From NCBI GenBank assembly GCA_963701095.1, contig OY969564.1, forward strand, positions 1,344,001 to 1,408,000: a stretch of 64,000 nt of DNA. The letters run 5' to 3'. Positions 31,424 through 40,918 of this stretch are shown piece after piece (position 1 is the first letter of the stretch; each line of letters starts with the position of its first letter). The translations under genes and the position numbers were made by a program. The notes under the pieces are model-generated. The model saw nothing but the letters and a program-made list of their open reading frames with translations, did not search any database and was not told where the DNA came from. The DNA is from an uncultured Methanoregulaceae archaeon. GTDB taxonomy: Archaea; Halobacteriota; Methanomicrobia; Methanomicrobiales; Methanospirillaceae.

Positions 31424-31452
31424 AAATATTGATTAAAAGGACATATATATGT
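31424..31452 (-). promoter_or_regulatory. Probable promoter of the ribosomal protein operon
   Basis: Minus strand ATATATATGTCCTTTTAATCAATATTT resembles the S-layer upstream TATATTAAGTCTTTTACAAATATT. Confidence 0.5.
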
Positions 31453-31528
31453 ATGCCAGTGTTCCGGGCACTCCACCCTTACTCGCAAAAGACTACTCAC
31501 GAAGAGCATCACTAACATCGTGGGAAAC

Positions 31529-31933
31529 TTATCCGAAATAAATTTCTCCTTCGTCGGTGATATATATCTGTACATCTTCGCAGATACACCGTGCCTTATA
31601 GGACTGGGGACGTGCTTCCCTGAGCCGGTTGATCAGGGAAATTGTATCATATTTTACTTTAATTCTGGCTTTTTCGGCTTCTGCAAAGATCATACCTGGA
31701 ACCTCAAAGAGATCGGTTCCTGATGGAATCGTGCAGAGATGTGTTGCATCAAGAGTGTACAAAAATTCGAGCGTTTCTTTTGCCCGTCGGATATTTTCCA
31801 TCGCAGACTTTTCAATAGTGCACACATTCGCTTTTGAAGTGCTGATGATATCGGCAATCTGCTGTTGGGTCATTCCCTGTTTCCGGTACCGGAGTACTTC
31901 CATTTGCCTGTCGGTGAGAAGACCATCTTTCAT
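31529..31933 (-). CDS. tfx: Tfx-family DNA-binding protein
   Basis: LTDRQMEVLRYRKQGMTQQQIADIISTSKANVCTIEKSAMENI HTH. Confidence 0.88.
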   Translation of the reverse strand: MKDGLLTDRQMEVLRYRKQGMTQQQIADIISTSKANVCTIEKSAMENIRRAKETLEFLYTLDATHLCTIPSGTDLFEVPGMIFAEAEKARIKVKYDTISLINRLREARPQSYKARCICEDVQIYITDEGEIYFG

Positions 31934-32271
31934 ACTATCAATTCCATTCCAGAAACTTAAACACTTTTCGTTAACATTTCCCCCCATGCCAAAATGATAG
32001 GGTGCCGGATCCCCAGAATATACTTCCTGAAAAAATTGGTTTTACTGCACGTTATGCCAGAATCTCACAAGATCTGTCAACAATGTTGGAAGATTATAGA
32101 AAGCAGAGATTCGAAGCCATTTAAAATCGAACCCGGGTATGGATGAGAAAAACACGATGCAGCCGCAATAAGCAGAGAACCGCGTATCCGGCGTAAAAAT
32201 TGATTTCAAAATCTTTATAAGAATACCGGGTCATAATATCGTGCTATAAAACAAATAGAGGTGAAATTTCA

Positions 32272-33113
32272 ATGGTTGTTAAAGTAGGTGTTGCTAAGTT
32301 AGGCAATATTGCAAGTGGTGTAATGGCCGAACTGCTCCTTGACGAGAGGGCAGACCGTGAAGATATGCAGACATTCATGGCGACCAGTGGTACAAGCTCG
32401 AGCCGGCAGACGTTGACCGTGTCGTTTCAAACCTGAAAGCGTACAAACCGGACTTCTGTATTGTAGTCTCCCCCAACGGTGTTCTCCCCAGCCCGACCGG
32501 TGCCCGTGAACAGCTCGCTGCAGCTGGTATTCCGACTATCATTATCACTGATGATGTGACCACAAAGAAGGAGTGGGAAGGCGTCAAGGCTGACACCAAG
32601 TTCGGCTATATTATCATGAAGGCAGACTCCATGATCGGTGCACGCCGTGAGTTCCTCGATCCCGTCGAAATGGCCGACTACAACGGCAATCTCGTCAAAG
32701 TCCTCGCAATCACCGGTGCATTCCGCAAACTTCAGATCGCTCTCGACAAGGTCATAGACCAGGTCAAGGCCGGTAAGAAGGGTACTGAAATCGAGCTCCC
32801 GAAAATTATCATGACCACCGATAAGGCAGTCGACGGTGAGTTTACCAACCCCTTTGCACTGGCAAAGGCACGCGCTGCCCATGAGATCGCCATGGCTGTT
32901 GCAGGCCAGAACGTCAAGGGCTGCTTCATGACCAAGGAATGGGAGAAGTACATCCCGATCGTTGCAAGCGCTCACGAAATGATGAGGGTTGCAGCAGAGC
33001 TCTGCGACCAGGCCCGCGAGCTCGAGAAAGCAGGAGACAGCGTCCTGCGCCAAGCCCACAAGAAGGATGGCACGCTTGTCCGCAAGACCAAACTCGTTGC
33101 AAAATTCGAGTAA
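32272..33113 (+). CDS. mtd: F420-dependent methylene-H4MPT dehydrogenase, 1-nt deletion near 32393 (probable sequencing error)
   Basis: [16 protein letters not shown]...[10 protein letters not shown]...SGT; then KLEP...SPN...[17 protein letters not shown]...ASAHEMMR. Confidence 0.96.
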
Positions 33114-33137
33114 ATTTTTTTTCTTTTTCTTTTTTTT
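33114..33137 (+). terminator. Oligo-T terminator after mtd
   Basis: Long T-tract directly after the stop. Confidence 0.7.
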
Positions 33138-33163
33138 ACTATATTTTGTGACCTTTGACGACG

Positions 33164-34092
33164 TTATCTTCCCTCATTCCGGTAGCAACGGCCGAGATCT
33201 TCTGGCAGAGTCAGGATTATGGGTTCATTGTGAAGACGTTCCATGAACGCCGAGTCGCTTGTTGACAAAGGGTTCGGGTTGATCCTGGAGATGAGCGAAC
33301 AGAACGCCGAGAAATCCTTTGTTTTATCTCGGCTAAAAAAGATGGCCATATTAAAAGCATAGGTACCGAGTTTCCGGTAAAACTGGAGGACGTTGAGGAT
33401 TCCATCAGCAAGAAGTTCGGAATCAGCTCCCCAATTCATTCAATTGACATACTGGCAGGATACCCCGCACTTCACGTTCTCCCATTGGCACAGCATGGGC
33501 AGACCAGAGAATCTCATCACCGAAAAGATACCGGTCTGACGATAATTCCTGTTCCCGTACGACATCCCAGGTACTGTCTCCCTTCCTTTTGAGCGTATTC
33601 TTTACTTACAGATAGGTACCGCTCTGCTACCAACGATGGCCGGGGATCTGAGATCCCTTGCATGTGAGGATGGATCATACTAGCCCCGGCCGAAGGCAGG
33701 TAATTCCAGTTAATGCTTGGATATCCGTCATAGAGAAGAAGTGATGCGATCTGGGCATTGAGTGCATCCGTAATCTGTTGCTTGCTAAAGGTGGATACCA
33801 TATGGTCCTTCGTGATCACTGTTACAGTATGCCAAGCGGCGAACGGGAACATGTTGGGAAAAGTGACACTTTCCCCCTGTAGTATACGGGATCCGTCCGG
33901 GAATGTCGGGGTTACAGAAAAGATATTTTCCCGGCAGAACGGGCAGCCGGCAGATTTCCCGGGAAGATAAAGTGGCTGATCGATACGCCGTTTGAGTCGT
34001 TCCGGACTGATCCTGCATCTAAAGCCGGTCAGGTTTTCCTCACGATATTGTAATGATCCCCGTCCGGTCGCGACTTCAATTGCGGTAAACAT
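33164..34092 (-). CDS. GalT/HIT-family nucleotidyltransferase, 1-nt insertion near 33570 (probable sequencing error)
   Basis: CPFC, FPNMFPF, NYLPSAGASMIHPHMQ; shifted frame continues WDVVREQE...ERLHNEP...PEDL. Confidence 0.85.
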
Positions 34093-34273
34093 ATCCTCTC
34101 ATGTTAGAATACTGTCACGGACAAGATAGACGTTTCCACGTCGTTTTCCATTTGCACCTGAATGAAATACAACGAGCCATTAAAAATCCCTAAAAAAGAA
34201 AAAGATTTTTTTTATCTGCCAGTGGCCCCATGTGGGACCTGTATCGGCGGGGTAAGTGCGGCAGGATTTCTGC

Positions 34274-35260
34274 TCAGACGATATACTTGCCGAGGAGGCG
34301 GATAGAGGTGGTCATATCGGGACCAAGTGGTGAACCAAAGATGATCTGGGTGACGCCGGCCTTTGTGAGGTCCTCGCACTTTGCCTTGACCATTTCAGGT
34401 GTACCTGCAATGGTGAACGCATCGATCTCTTTGTCTCCTACGAGCTCTCCAACGGTTTTGAAGTCAAACTTGCCAAGTGCTTCTTTAATCTTAGCAACGT
34501 TATGGAGGTCAAGACCATGGCGAGTCAGGAGTTCCGGTGGAGAACCAGCGGCGATAAAGGCGGCGACAATTTTTGCTGCATTGCGGGCCTTTTTCTCGCT
34601 CATGTCAATGGACATGGCGGTATATGCACCGATATCGAAGTTCTTCTTGCCGGCTGCATCACATGCCTTTTTGATGATCGGGATGGCAACCTGGAAGTCC
34701 TTGGGGTTAGAGGCGTTGATAAGGGCACCGTCACCGACTTTTCCGGCGAGCTCAAGAACCTTGGGGCCCTGTGCACCTACGTACACCGGGATACCCTTCT
34801 TGCCGGGAAGCGTGACACCGGTAAGCTTAGCACCGTCGTAATCAAAGAACTTCATGCCAGACTTTTTAATTTCCTCGCCTGCAACGAGCTTGCGGATCTG
34901 CACGATTGCTTCTTCGAGCCGGGCAACGGGTTTCTCGGGCTGAATTGCAATCTTGGGGAGAGTCGAAAGGTCGCCAGGTCCGATACCGAGGACTGCACGT
35001 CCATCGGAGATTTCGTTAAGTGTACACATGAACGAGGCCATTGCGGCCGGGGTGTCCGTAAACGAGTTCATGATGCCTGGACCCATCTTCAGGGTGGTTG
35101 TGGCCTGTGCTACTGCTGCGAGGACTGCGTAGCAGTGGCGGTTGTTGTAGTGGTTAGTGATCCATGCAAAGTCAATATCCTTAGATTCAGCAAGTTTGCA
35201 GAAGTTGACAACCTGCTTTACATTGACATTTCCGGGTACAAATTCAATTCCATATGTCAA
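34274..35260 (-). CDS. mer: F420-dependent methylene-H4MPT reductase
   Basis: YGIEFVP, WITNHYNNR, LGIGPGD, GAQGPK, LINASNP, GSPLGP. Confidence 0.97.
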   Translation of the reverse strand: MTYGIEFVPGNVNVKQVVNFCKLAESKDIDFAWITNHYNNRHCYAVLAAVAQATTTLKMGPGIMNSFTDTPAAMASFMCTLNEISDGRAVLGIGPGDLSTLPKIAIQPEKPVARLEEAIVQIRKLVAGEEIKKSGMKFFDYDGAKLTGVTLPGKKGIPVYVGAQGPKVLELAGKVGDGALINASNPKDFQVAIPIIKKACDAAGKKNFDIGAYTAMSIDMSEKKARNAAKIVAAFIAAGSPPELLTRHGLDLHNVAKIKEALGKFDFKTVGELVGDKEIDAFTIAGTPEMVKAKCEDLTKAGVTQIIFGSPLGPDMTTSIRLLGKYIV

Positions 35261-35602
35261 GGCTTGTTCACCTCATGGAGTATTACCGTCCGCGCATTTA
35301 AATAAATTATCATTTAATGCTGCACCGGCGAATACGTGGCATAAATTAGCGCCCGATTCCCGGCATTTAAGAAACCGAATCCCGAAACTGGCGATAATCC
35401 GGAAAAAAGCAAGGGGCACAGCGACTTAATTCTCGTTTCTTGTCATGGCTTTAGTAAGCCTTTATCTGGCGATTGTGGATATGGTGATAACCATCCGGTA
35501 CATTTTTTTAGATGGGTATATCCTATAAGATATTGAACTTCAGGAATGTATATTTAAACAGTTATTAGAGGATTCTATCCACAATTACCTACAGGAGATC
35601 TA

Positions 35603-37846
35603 ATGAGGATACTTGCAATTGGCATGGGAGGCGCCGGCTGCCGGATTGCTGCGGCCCTGTATGCCAATGACCGGAAAAGTAGTAAAGTGGCGTGTGTTCA
35701 GGTACTTGTTGCCGATACAGACAGTGATACATTAACAAAGTTAGGTGCTCTCCCGGAACATGCAAAGATCGATTTTTCCGGGAGTGAACCTGACATTATG
35801 CGGCAGGTTACCGGCCCCTCCGGTACAGCCACCATAGATACCGGGGAGATTATTTCCCGGTTCCAGAATATAGAACGAGGCGAAACTGATGCAATAATGA
35901 TCTGTTGCGGTCTTGGCGGCAGAATGGCGGATGAAGTGCCTCGCCTTATTACGGCGCTCAGGGCCTCAGTCACCGAACCTATATTCGGTCTGGTTACCCT
36001 GCCAGCCCTTTCGGAGGGGGAGAAAAGATCAGCAAAAGCGGCCGATGATATTGATAATATCAGTCCCCTGCTCGATGGAACTATTCTGTTTGATAATGAA
36101 ACATGGTCAAAAAAAACAGCCGGACGCAGAGACGAGCTGCTTGAGGAGCTTGCAAAGCCGGGTTTCTTTAACCGTGGAAAGAACCAGCCGGAGTTGTCCG
36201 CCAAGGATATCACCAATAAACTCCTCAACCAGAATATTGTCAGGAGAATAAGCCTTATTTTGCGGGCCGGTGAGTTTCGGGCTGACGGCGGCATTGAGCT
36301 TGCTGAAGTCGTGATGGATTCGAGCGAGGTCCTCAATACAATAAAGGGAATGGGGTTTATCTCGATCGGCTATGCCGTAGAACACCTTTCAAAGGGCCCT
36401 CTTGCATTTCTCTCGCGGTTACGTACTACTGATGCCTCCTTGGAACAAAGAAAAAGTGCAGAAAGGATAATTGAGCTTGCCAAGAAGGCTATCTACCAGG
36501 AGGTCTCGATTCCCTGCGACATGACCAGCGCGGCAAAAGCATTGATCCTTGTGGCAGGCCCTTCCCATGAGATATCGATGAAAGGGTTTATGACCGTACG
36601 TAAATGGATTGATCGCAGTATTGCAGGTATGGAGATGAGATCGGGAGATTATCCGGTCACAAACTCAGAAAATGTGGCAATAATCGTGGTTTTAAGTGGA
36701 CTTGAAAACATTCCCCGGTTAACCGAAATCCGGGAGATACGAGAGCAGTACACTCCGGGCGTTTCCCGGAATATCTCCGCATCCCTCAATTTACAACCGT
36801 CAGTTAACCTGCAAAAGAACGGTGATGCTGGTGAGATAACCGCTGTCCGGGGAGGGGGAAACCTGAGGGATGAGATGATCAGTCTTTCCAGAGAAAAGCC
36901 AAAAAGGAGAAGCTCCCCGTATAGTTCTGATACGGAAATTCACAAAGTCACCGACACCTCATCACCAGCCATCCGGACACCTCCCCCAGCGAGTTCTGAT
37001 GATTCACCTAAACAGATGGTGAGACCACGAATTCATGAAGAGGCACGAAGTGAAACCGGAAAATCGGCTTTTTCTCCAGACGCCCATCACGCAATATCCG
37101 GGAAACCTTTCGTTTCACACAAAACATCGACTTCCACACCTCACGCACAGGACGTTCAGCCACCAGTAAGGAAACCCCTTGCATCCGGATACGAGGGAAA
37201 CCTCCCGCTGAAACCTACGCCGGTAAAAACAAAAACTCTTGATAACCAGTCAATCGATTGGGATCAGCAGGGGCGACAGAATATCAACAAGCCCGGAGTT
37301 TCTCAGGAAAGAGTTACTCATACATCCCCGTTCAAGGTCCATATATCCGGGCAACAAGAGAACAAAACCATTATTGGGAGAGTTTCTTCCAGGAAACCTG
37401 TATACGGGAGAGCCACCATTCCTGAACCCGTTGCAGCGACGCCAGAAAAGACCGAAAGAACGATTATCCGGCAACGGAAAAAGGAGCCGGAAAGAGAAAC
37501 GGAATTGGCGGATGAAGAACCGGGTGTGCATAAAGATCAGTACCTGCAGGAAGAATTCGAGTCGACGGGAGAAAGGGAAAAAATACGGGATGTCCCCCCG
37601 CCAGAGGAAATTAAATTCAGTACAAAAGTGCGTCCAGCTCGTGACGACATCTTCTTTGGGAAATCTGTCTCGCTTAAAGAACCATTAAAAGTAAAAGATG
37701 GCGCGCTCCTTCACACAGAGATAAAAACCAAAAAAGTCAGGCCCGGTATGGACGCCGAGGAAGAGTCAGGAAGAAAAGAACGTGTATCACAGTCTCCAAA
37801 AAAGAAGAGCGGGAAAATATCTATGGATGACGACAACCAATCGTGA
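35603..37846 (+). CDS. Divergent tubulin/FtsZ (CetZ-like) protein with long disordered C-terminal tail
   Basis: ILAIGMGGAGCRIA, LFDNETW, VMDSSEVLNT, MRSGDYP; signature loop degenerate (GLGGRMA). Confidence 0.85.
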   Translation: MRILAIGMGGAGCRIAAALYANDRKSSKVACVQVLVADTDSDTLTKLGALPEHAKIDFSGSEPDIMRQVTGPSGTATIDTGEIISRFQNIERGETDAIMICCGLGGRMADEVPRLITALRASVTEPIFGLVTLPALSEGEKRSAKAADDIDNISPLLDGTILFDNETWSKKTAGRRDELLEELAKPGFFNRGKNQPELSAKDITNKLLNQNIVRRISLILRAGEFRADGGIELAEVVMDSSEVLNTIKGMGFISIGYAVEHLSKGPLAFLSRLRTTDASLEQRKSAERIIELAKKAIYQEVSIPCDMTSAAKALILVAGPSHEISMKGFMTVRKWIDRSIAGMEMRSGDYPVTNSENVAIIVVLSGLENIPRLTEIREIREQYTPGVSRNISASLNLQPSVNLQKNGDAGEITAVRGGGNLRDEMISLSREKPKRRSSPYSSDTEIHKVTDTSSPAIRTPPPASSDDSPKQMVRPRIHEEARSETGKSAFSPDAHHAISGKPFVSHKTSTSTPHAQDVQPPVRKPLASGYEGNLPLKPTPVKTKTLDNQSIDWDQQGRQNINKPGVSQERVTHTSPFKVHISGQQENKTIIGRVSSRKPVYGRATIPEPVAATPEKTERTIIRQRKKEPERETELADEEPGVHKDQYLQEEFESTGEREKIRDVPPPEEIKFSTKVRPARDDIFFGKSVSLKEPLKVKDGALLHTEIKTKKVRPGMDAEEESGRKERVSQSPKKKSGKISMDDDNQS

Positions 37847-37847
37847 A

Positions 37848-38801
37848 TCAGCGATTATTATCTGCTATTTTTGAAAAAGGAATGTTCCCGGCGCCGATCT
37901 CTGTCCGTATTGAAATGCCCTGTTCGACACAGTTGCCGATATGGTTGAGACCACTGAATGCAACAATGGAGAGCCGGTAGGGATTCTCCGGCAGGTTGAA
38001 TACCTGGTGACCAAAGGTAACCGGGTAAACAAAACCGCATTCGTTCATGCGCCGGATAGTTTCTTCAACATCGCTCCGTGCAGAACTGGGAACTTCACGG
38101 ACATTTGCAAGAGCTATACCGGTTTTTGTTCGTGAAAAATCATGAATCGAAGTCAGACCTGAGGAGATGAACAGTTCGAGGGGATCGATCGTTGTTCCCC
38201 GGTATCCGATAAGATCGCGAAACCGCCGTGGAACATTATCTTCAATCTCCAGCCTTCCCCCATATGCCATTTTCACCGGGATGCCGTTTCTTTGAAAGAC
38301 ACCATCCATGGTAATGCTGCATAAGGTAATGATCCCAACACAGTCCTGAGGTACCCTGGAATCGTTATCGAGGATCCGGTAAGAATTAAAAAAACCACAA
38401 CCGGCCTTGATGACTTCATCAAATGCAATGATTACCCGGTCGAGATCTTCCTTACGGACAAAGGAAAGATTGTACGCCACATCCCCTGTCCCGGAAGCAG
38501 GATCAAACGTGCTCCGGTACGCAAGCCGCTCGAGTTTGGATATAATAAATCCGATACGGTCATCAACGAGCGCATTATCTGTTTCCTGAAAACCGGCGGG
38601 TGTCAGGATCCGACCCTGATTTCCGACCTTTTCAGTAAATCCCATCGAATCCAGGTAACTCAGGTAATATTGAACGGCGCGGTCACTTAATACAAAACCC
38701 CGCTCCGCCATCAGTTCCGAGAGCCGTTTTGCCCCGACCGGTTCATGGTGTTCCTTGAGGATGCGCAGGATCTCGATATATTTTCGTTCCGTGCGAATCA
38801 T
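37848..38801 (-). CDS. NrpR-family regulator (winged HTH plus one NrpR regulatory/DUF128 domain)
   Basis: EILRIL...GAK...RAVQYYL..LD..GFT; CSITMDG, Y.GTTIDPLELF, ANVRE. Confidence 0.85.
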   Translation of the reverse strand: MIRTERKYIEILRILKEHHEPVGAKRLSELMAERGFVLSDRAVQYYLSYLDSMGFTEKVGNQGRILTPAGFQETDNALVDDRIGFIISKLERLAYRSTFDPASGTGDVAYNLSFVRKEDLDRVIIAFDEVIKAGCGFFNSYRILDNDSRVPQDCVGIITLCSITMDGVFQRNGIPVKMAYGGRLEIEDNVPRRFRDLIGYRGTTIDPLELFISSGLTSIHDFSRTKTGIALANVREVPSSARSDVEETIRRMNECGFVYPVTFGHQVFNLPENPYRLSIVAFSGLNHIGNCVEQGISIRTEIGAGNIPFSKIADNNR

Positions 38802-39241
38802 ACCTCTTTTGCCCCCACTGCCCCGGTACTGTCCTGGTATCGCCCGGCGTACCGTTCGCTTCCGTTTCTTACCTCGTGCAAAATCATTTGCACAATACGC
38901 TCTGACTCTTTGAGCTCAATATCCTGCGGCCCCATGTTTGTCAGGCAGAGCGTCAGTTGCCCGCGAAAACCCGGATCGATAAAACCAGCACCCATAAGGA
39001 CCCCTCGCCGGCCAAAGGATGACCGGCAGCGAAGTGTCCCGGCAACATCCGGAGGAAGCTCTACCCATTCCATACTCGGTACAAGCGAACACAAGCCCCG
39101 GGGAAGAAGGATATTTTCGGCAGACCGGAGGTCATAGGATGCTGGCTGCTGGCATTCCGCTGCATAAGGACTGATTTTTAGTGTTTCCTGTGCCTGTTTA
39201 CTGCACAGCCGACGAGCAATCTCCTGAGCAGACAGAATCAT
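38798..39241 (-). CDS. dcd: dCTP deaminase / dUTPase family protein
   Basis: QPASYDLR, RSSFGRRG, GFIDPGFRGQLTL, Y.GRYQ. Confidence 0.85.
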   Translation of the reverse strand: MILSAQEIARRLCSKQAQETLKISPYAAECQQPASYDLRSAENILLPRGLCSLVPSMEWVELPPDVAGTLRCRSSFGRRGVLMGAGFIDPGFRGQLTLCLTNMGPQDIELKESERIVQMILHEVRNGSERYAGRYQDSTGAVGAKEV

Positions 39242-39297
39242 TCATTAGTTTATCGGTAGAGAATGCTTAATATCTTTTGATAGAGATACGTTGGGAA

Positions 39298-39369
39298 GGA
39301 TCCATGGGGTAGAGGACATCCTCTTGGGCTTCGAACCCAAGGACGCGGGTTCGATTCCCGCTGGGTCCG
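39298..39369 (+). tRNA. tRNA-Arg(TCG)
   Basis: Acceptor GGATCCA/TGGGTCC, anticodon arm TTGGG-CTTCGAA-CCCAA, T-loop TTCGATT. Confidence 0.95.
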
Positions 39370-39471
39370 TTTTCAGTCACCGCACTAAACCGGTAAATTT
39401 TCAGATTATTATATCAACAGATACACAACAATTTTTCCCAAACGGACAATTTTTTATGGGAAAAAAATTGA

Positions 39472-40860
39472 TTAGATTTCGTTACGCTTTATAACATGGT
39501 GACGGTTCCTGCGACCGGCAAGCCTGATGACTGCAAATATGAAAAGTACTATAAGGATCCCGATCCCGACAAGAGTCACAAATCCCCAGTCCATATTTCT
39601 TTGGAGCGTAATGGTTAGGGGAGAGGTAGTATTGCCAAAAGAAACTTCCTGCTGAACGGTCTGGGGCACATATCCGGCGTCAGTTACGGTGATGTTATTG
39701 GCTGTGTTGTAGGTGAGCTGTATCTCTATCTGACCATGTGAATCAGTTGTTCCCATAACAGCCCCATTCAGCATAACAGTGGCCCCTGCAACATTTTTCT
39801 GGTCAGGGTCCTGGACATAGAGAGGCTGGTTTACTGAGGCTGGGGAAAGAACAACCGGGAATTCACTTGATTCATTAACTATGCTAATCTTCTGGCTTAC
39901 CGGCGAATACCCGGCCTTACTTACAACAACAGTGTAGGTGCCCGGAGTAAGATCCTGAAGAGTAGCTCGACCGAACTCTGTCGTATTGGCCAGTAGTGTT
40001 CCGTCCAGAGACACACTTGCGCCGTTTATGGGCTTGTTCTGCTGATCAAACACCAAAATAAAGCCGGTAACCGGAACCGGAGTGAGAGTAATTGGATCAA
40101 CAGCTTCATTGGAACTGATCGTAAGGATCTGGTTTAAGGTCTGGTATCCCGATTTTGTCGCCTGAATTGAAACCGGCGTGTTCCGGCTTATCGGGAAAAT
40201 CAGGACTCCCCGCGAATCGGTCATTCCCACGAGGACGCCATTGACACTGATGACAGCACCCGGAACCGGGGCTAGACTATTCGCATCTTTTACCACAAAA
40301 GAGTACTGGTTTTCCGATAACAGCCAGTACTGAACATTCTGATCCTGATCTTCAACTTCAATGGTCTCAGACCGGGGCTGGTAATTGGGTGCAGTAATAT
40401 TGAGTGAATAAAAGGTAAAAGAAGTGACACCAAACGATGCAGAACCTGTTGCATCAGAAACTGAAGTCTGGGATGTGTTTGATGAAGTCAGAAACAAACT
40501 AACTCCCGATACCGGCGCCAGTGAGTTGGAATCAAAGAGAGAGACATTAACAACCAGGGATTGACGGTTTAACGTAACGGAAAGGTTTGTAACATTTCCA
40601 CCAACAATTCCTGACCAGTCTTCATAGCCATGCATCGAGATGAGGAGATTAAGATCTCCCTGGCCGGACTGGATCAGGAACTGGCCTGCATTATCGGTCA
40701 TTCCGACATTCACGCCGTTAAGCATAACTGTTGCGTGGGGAATCGTTGAGTTGTCTAGACTATCCTGCACCGTGATAAGCAGGTTCGTCGCCTGAACTGC
40801 GCCGCAGAATGCGATAATACAAAGCAACGCAAAAAGGAAACGAATACGAGAGGAATTCAT
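39472..40860 (-). CDS. Membrane-anchored surface protein with PEGA / carboxypeptidase-regulatory-like repeats
   Basis: Signal peptide, repeated GATV.LNG...G.TD..G...GY units, many NxS/T sequons, C-terminal TM plus basic tail. Confidence 0.85.
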   Translation of the reverse strand: MNSSRIRFLFALLCIIAFCGAVQATNLLITVQDSLDNSTIPHATVMLNGVNVGMTDNAGQFLIQSGQGDLNLLISMHGYEDWSGIVGGNVTNLSVTLNRQSLVVNVSLFDSNSLAPVSGVSLFLTSSNTSQTSVSDATGSASFGVTSFTFYSLNITAPNYQPRSETIEVEDQDQNVQYWLLSENQYSFVVKDANSLAPVPGAVISVNGVLVGMTDSRGVLIFPISRNTPVSIQATKSGYQTLNQILTISSNEAVDPITLTPVPVTGFILVFDQQNKPINGASVSLDGTLLANTTEFGRATLQDLTPGTYTVVVSKAGYSPVSQKISIVNESSEFPVVLSPASVNQPLYVQDPDQKNVAGATVMLNGAVMGTTDSHGQIEIQLTYNTANNITVTDAGYVPQTVQQEVSFGNTTSPLTITLQRNMDWGFVTLVGIGILIVLFIFAVIRLAGRRNRHHVIKRNEI

Positions 40861-40918
40861 AATAAATTATCCCCCTCTGCTCGTATTTTATCCCATCGGT
40901 TCCCATGACCGGTTTTCT

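Noticed and set aside
30896..31450. RNase P RNA as the identity of the rpl3 upstream element
   Set aside because: I could not find the conserved GAGGAAAGTCC-like or ACAGAA...GCTTA segments on either strand
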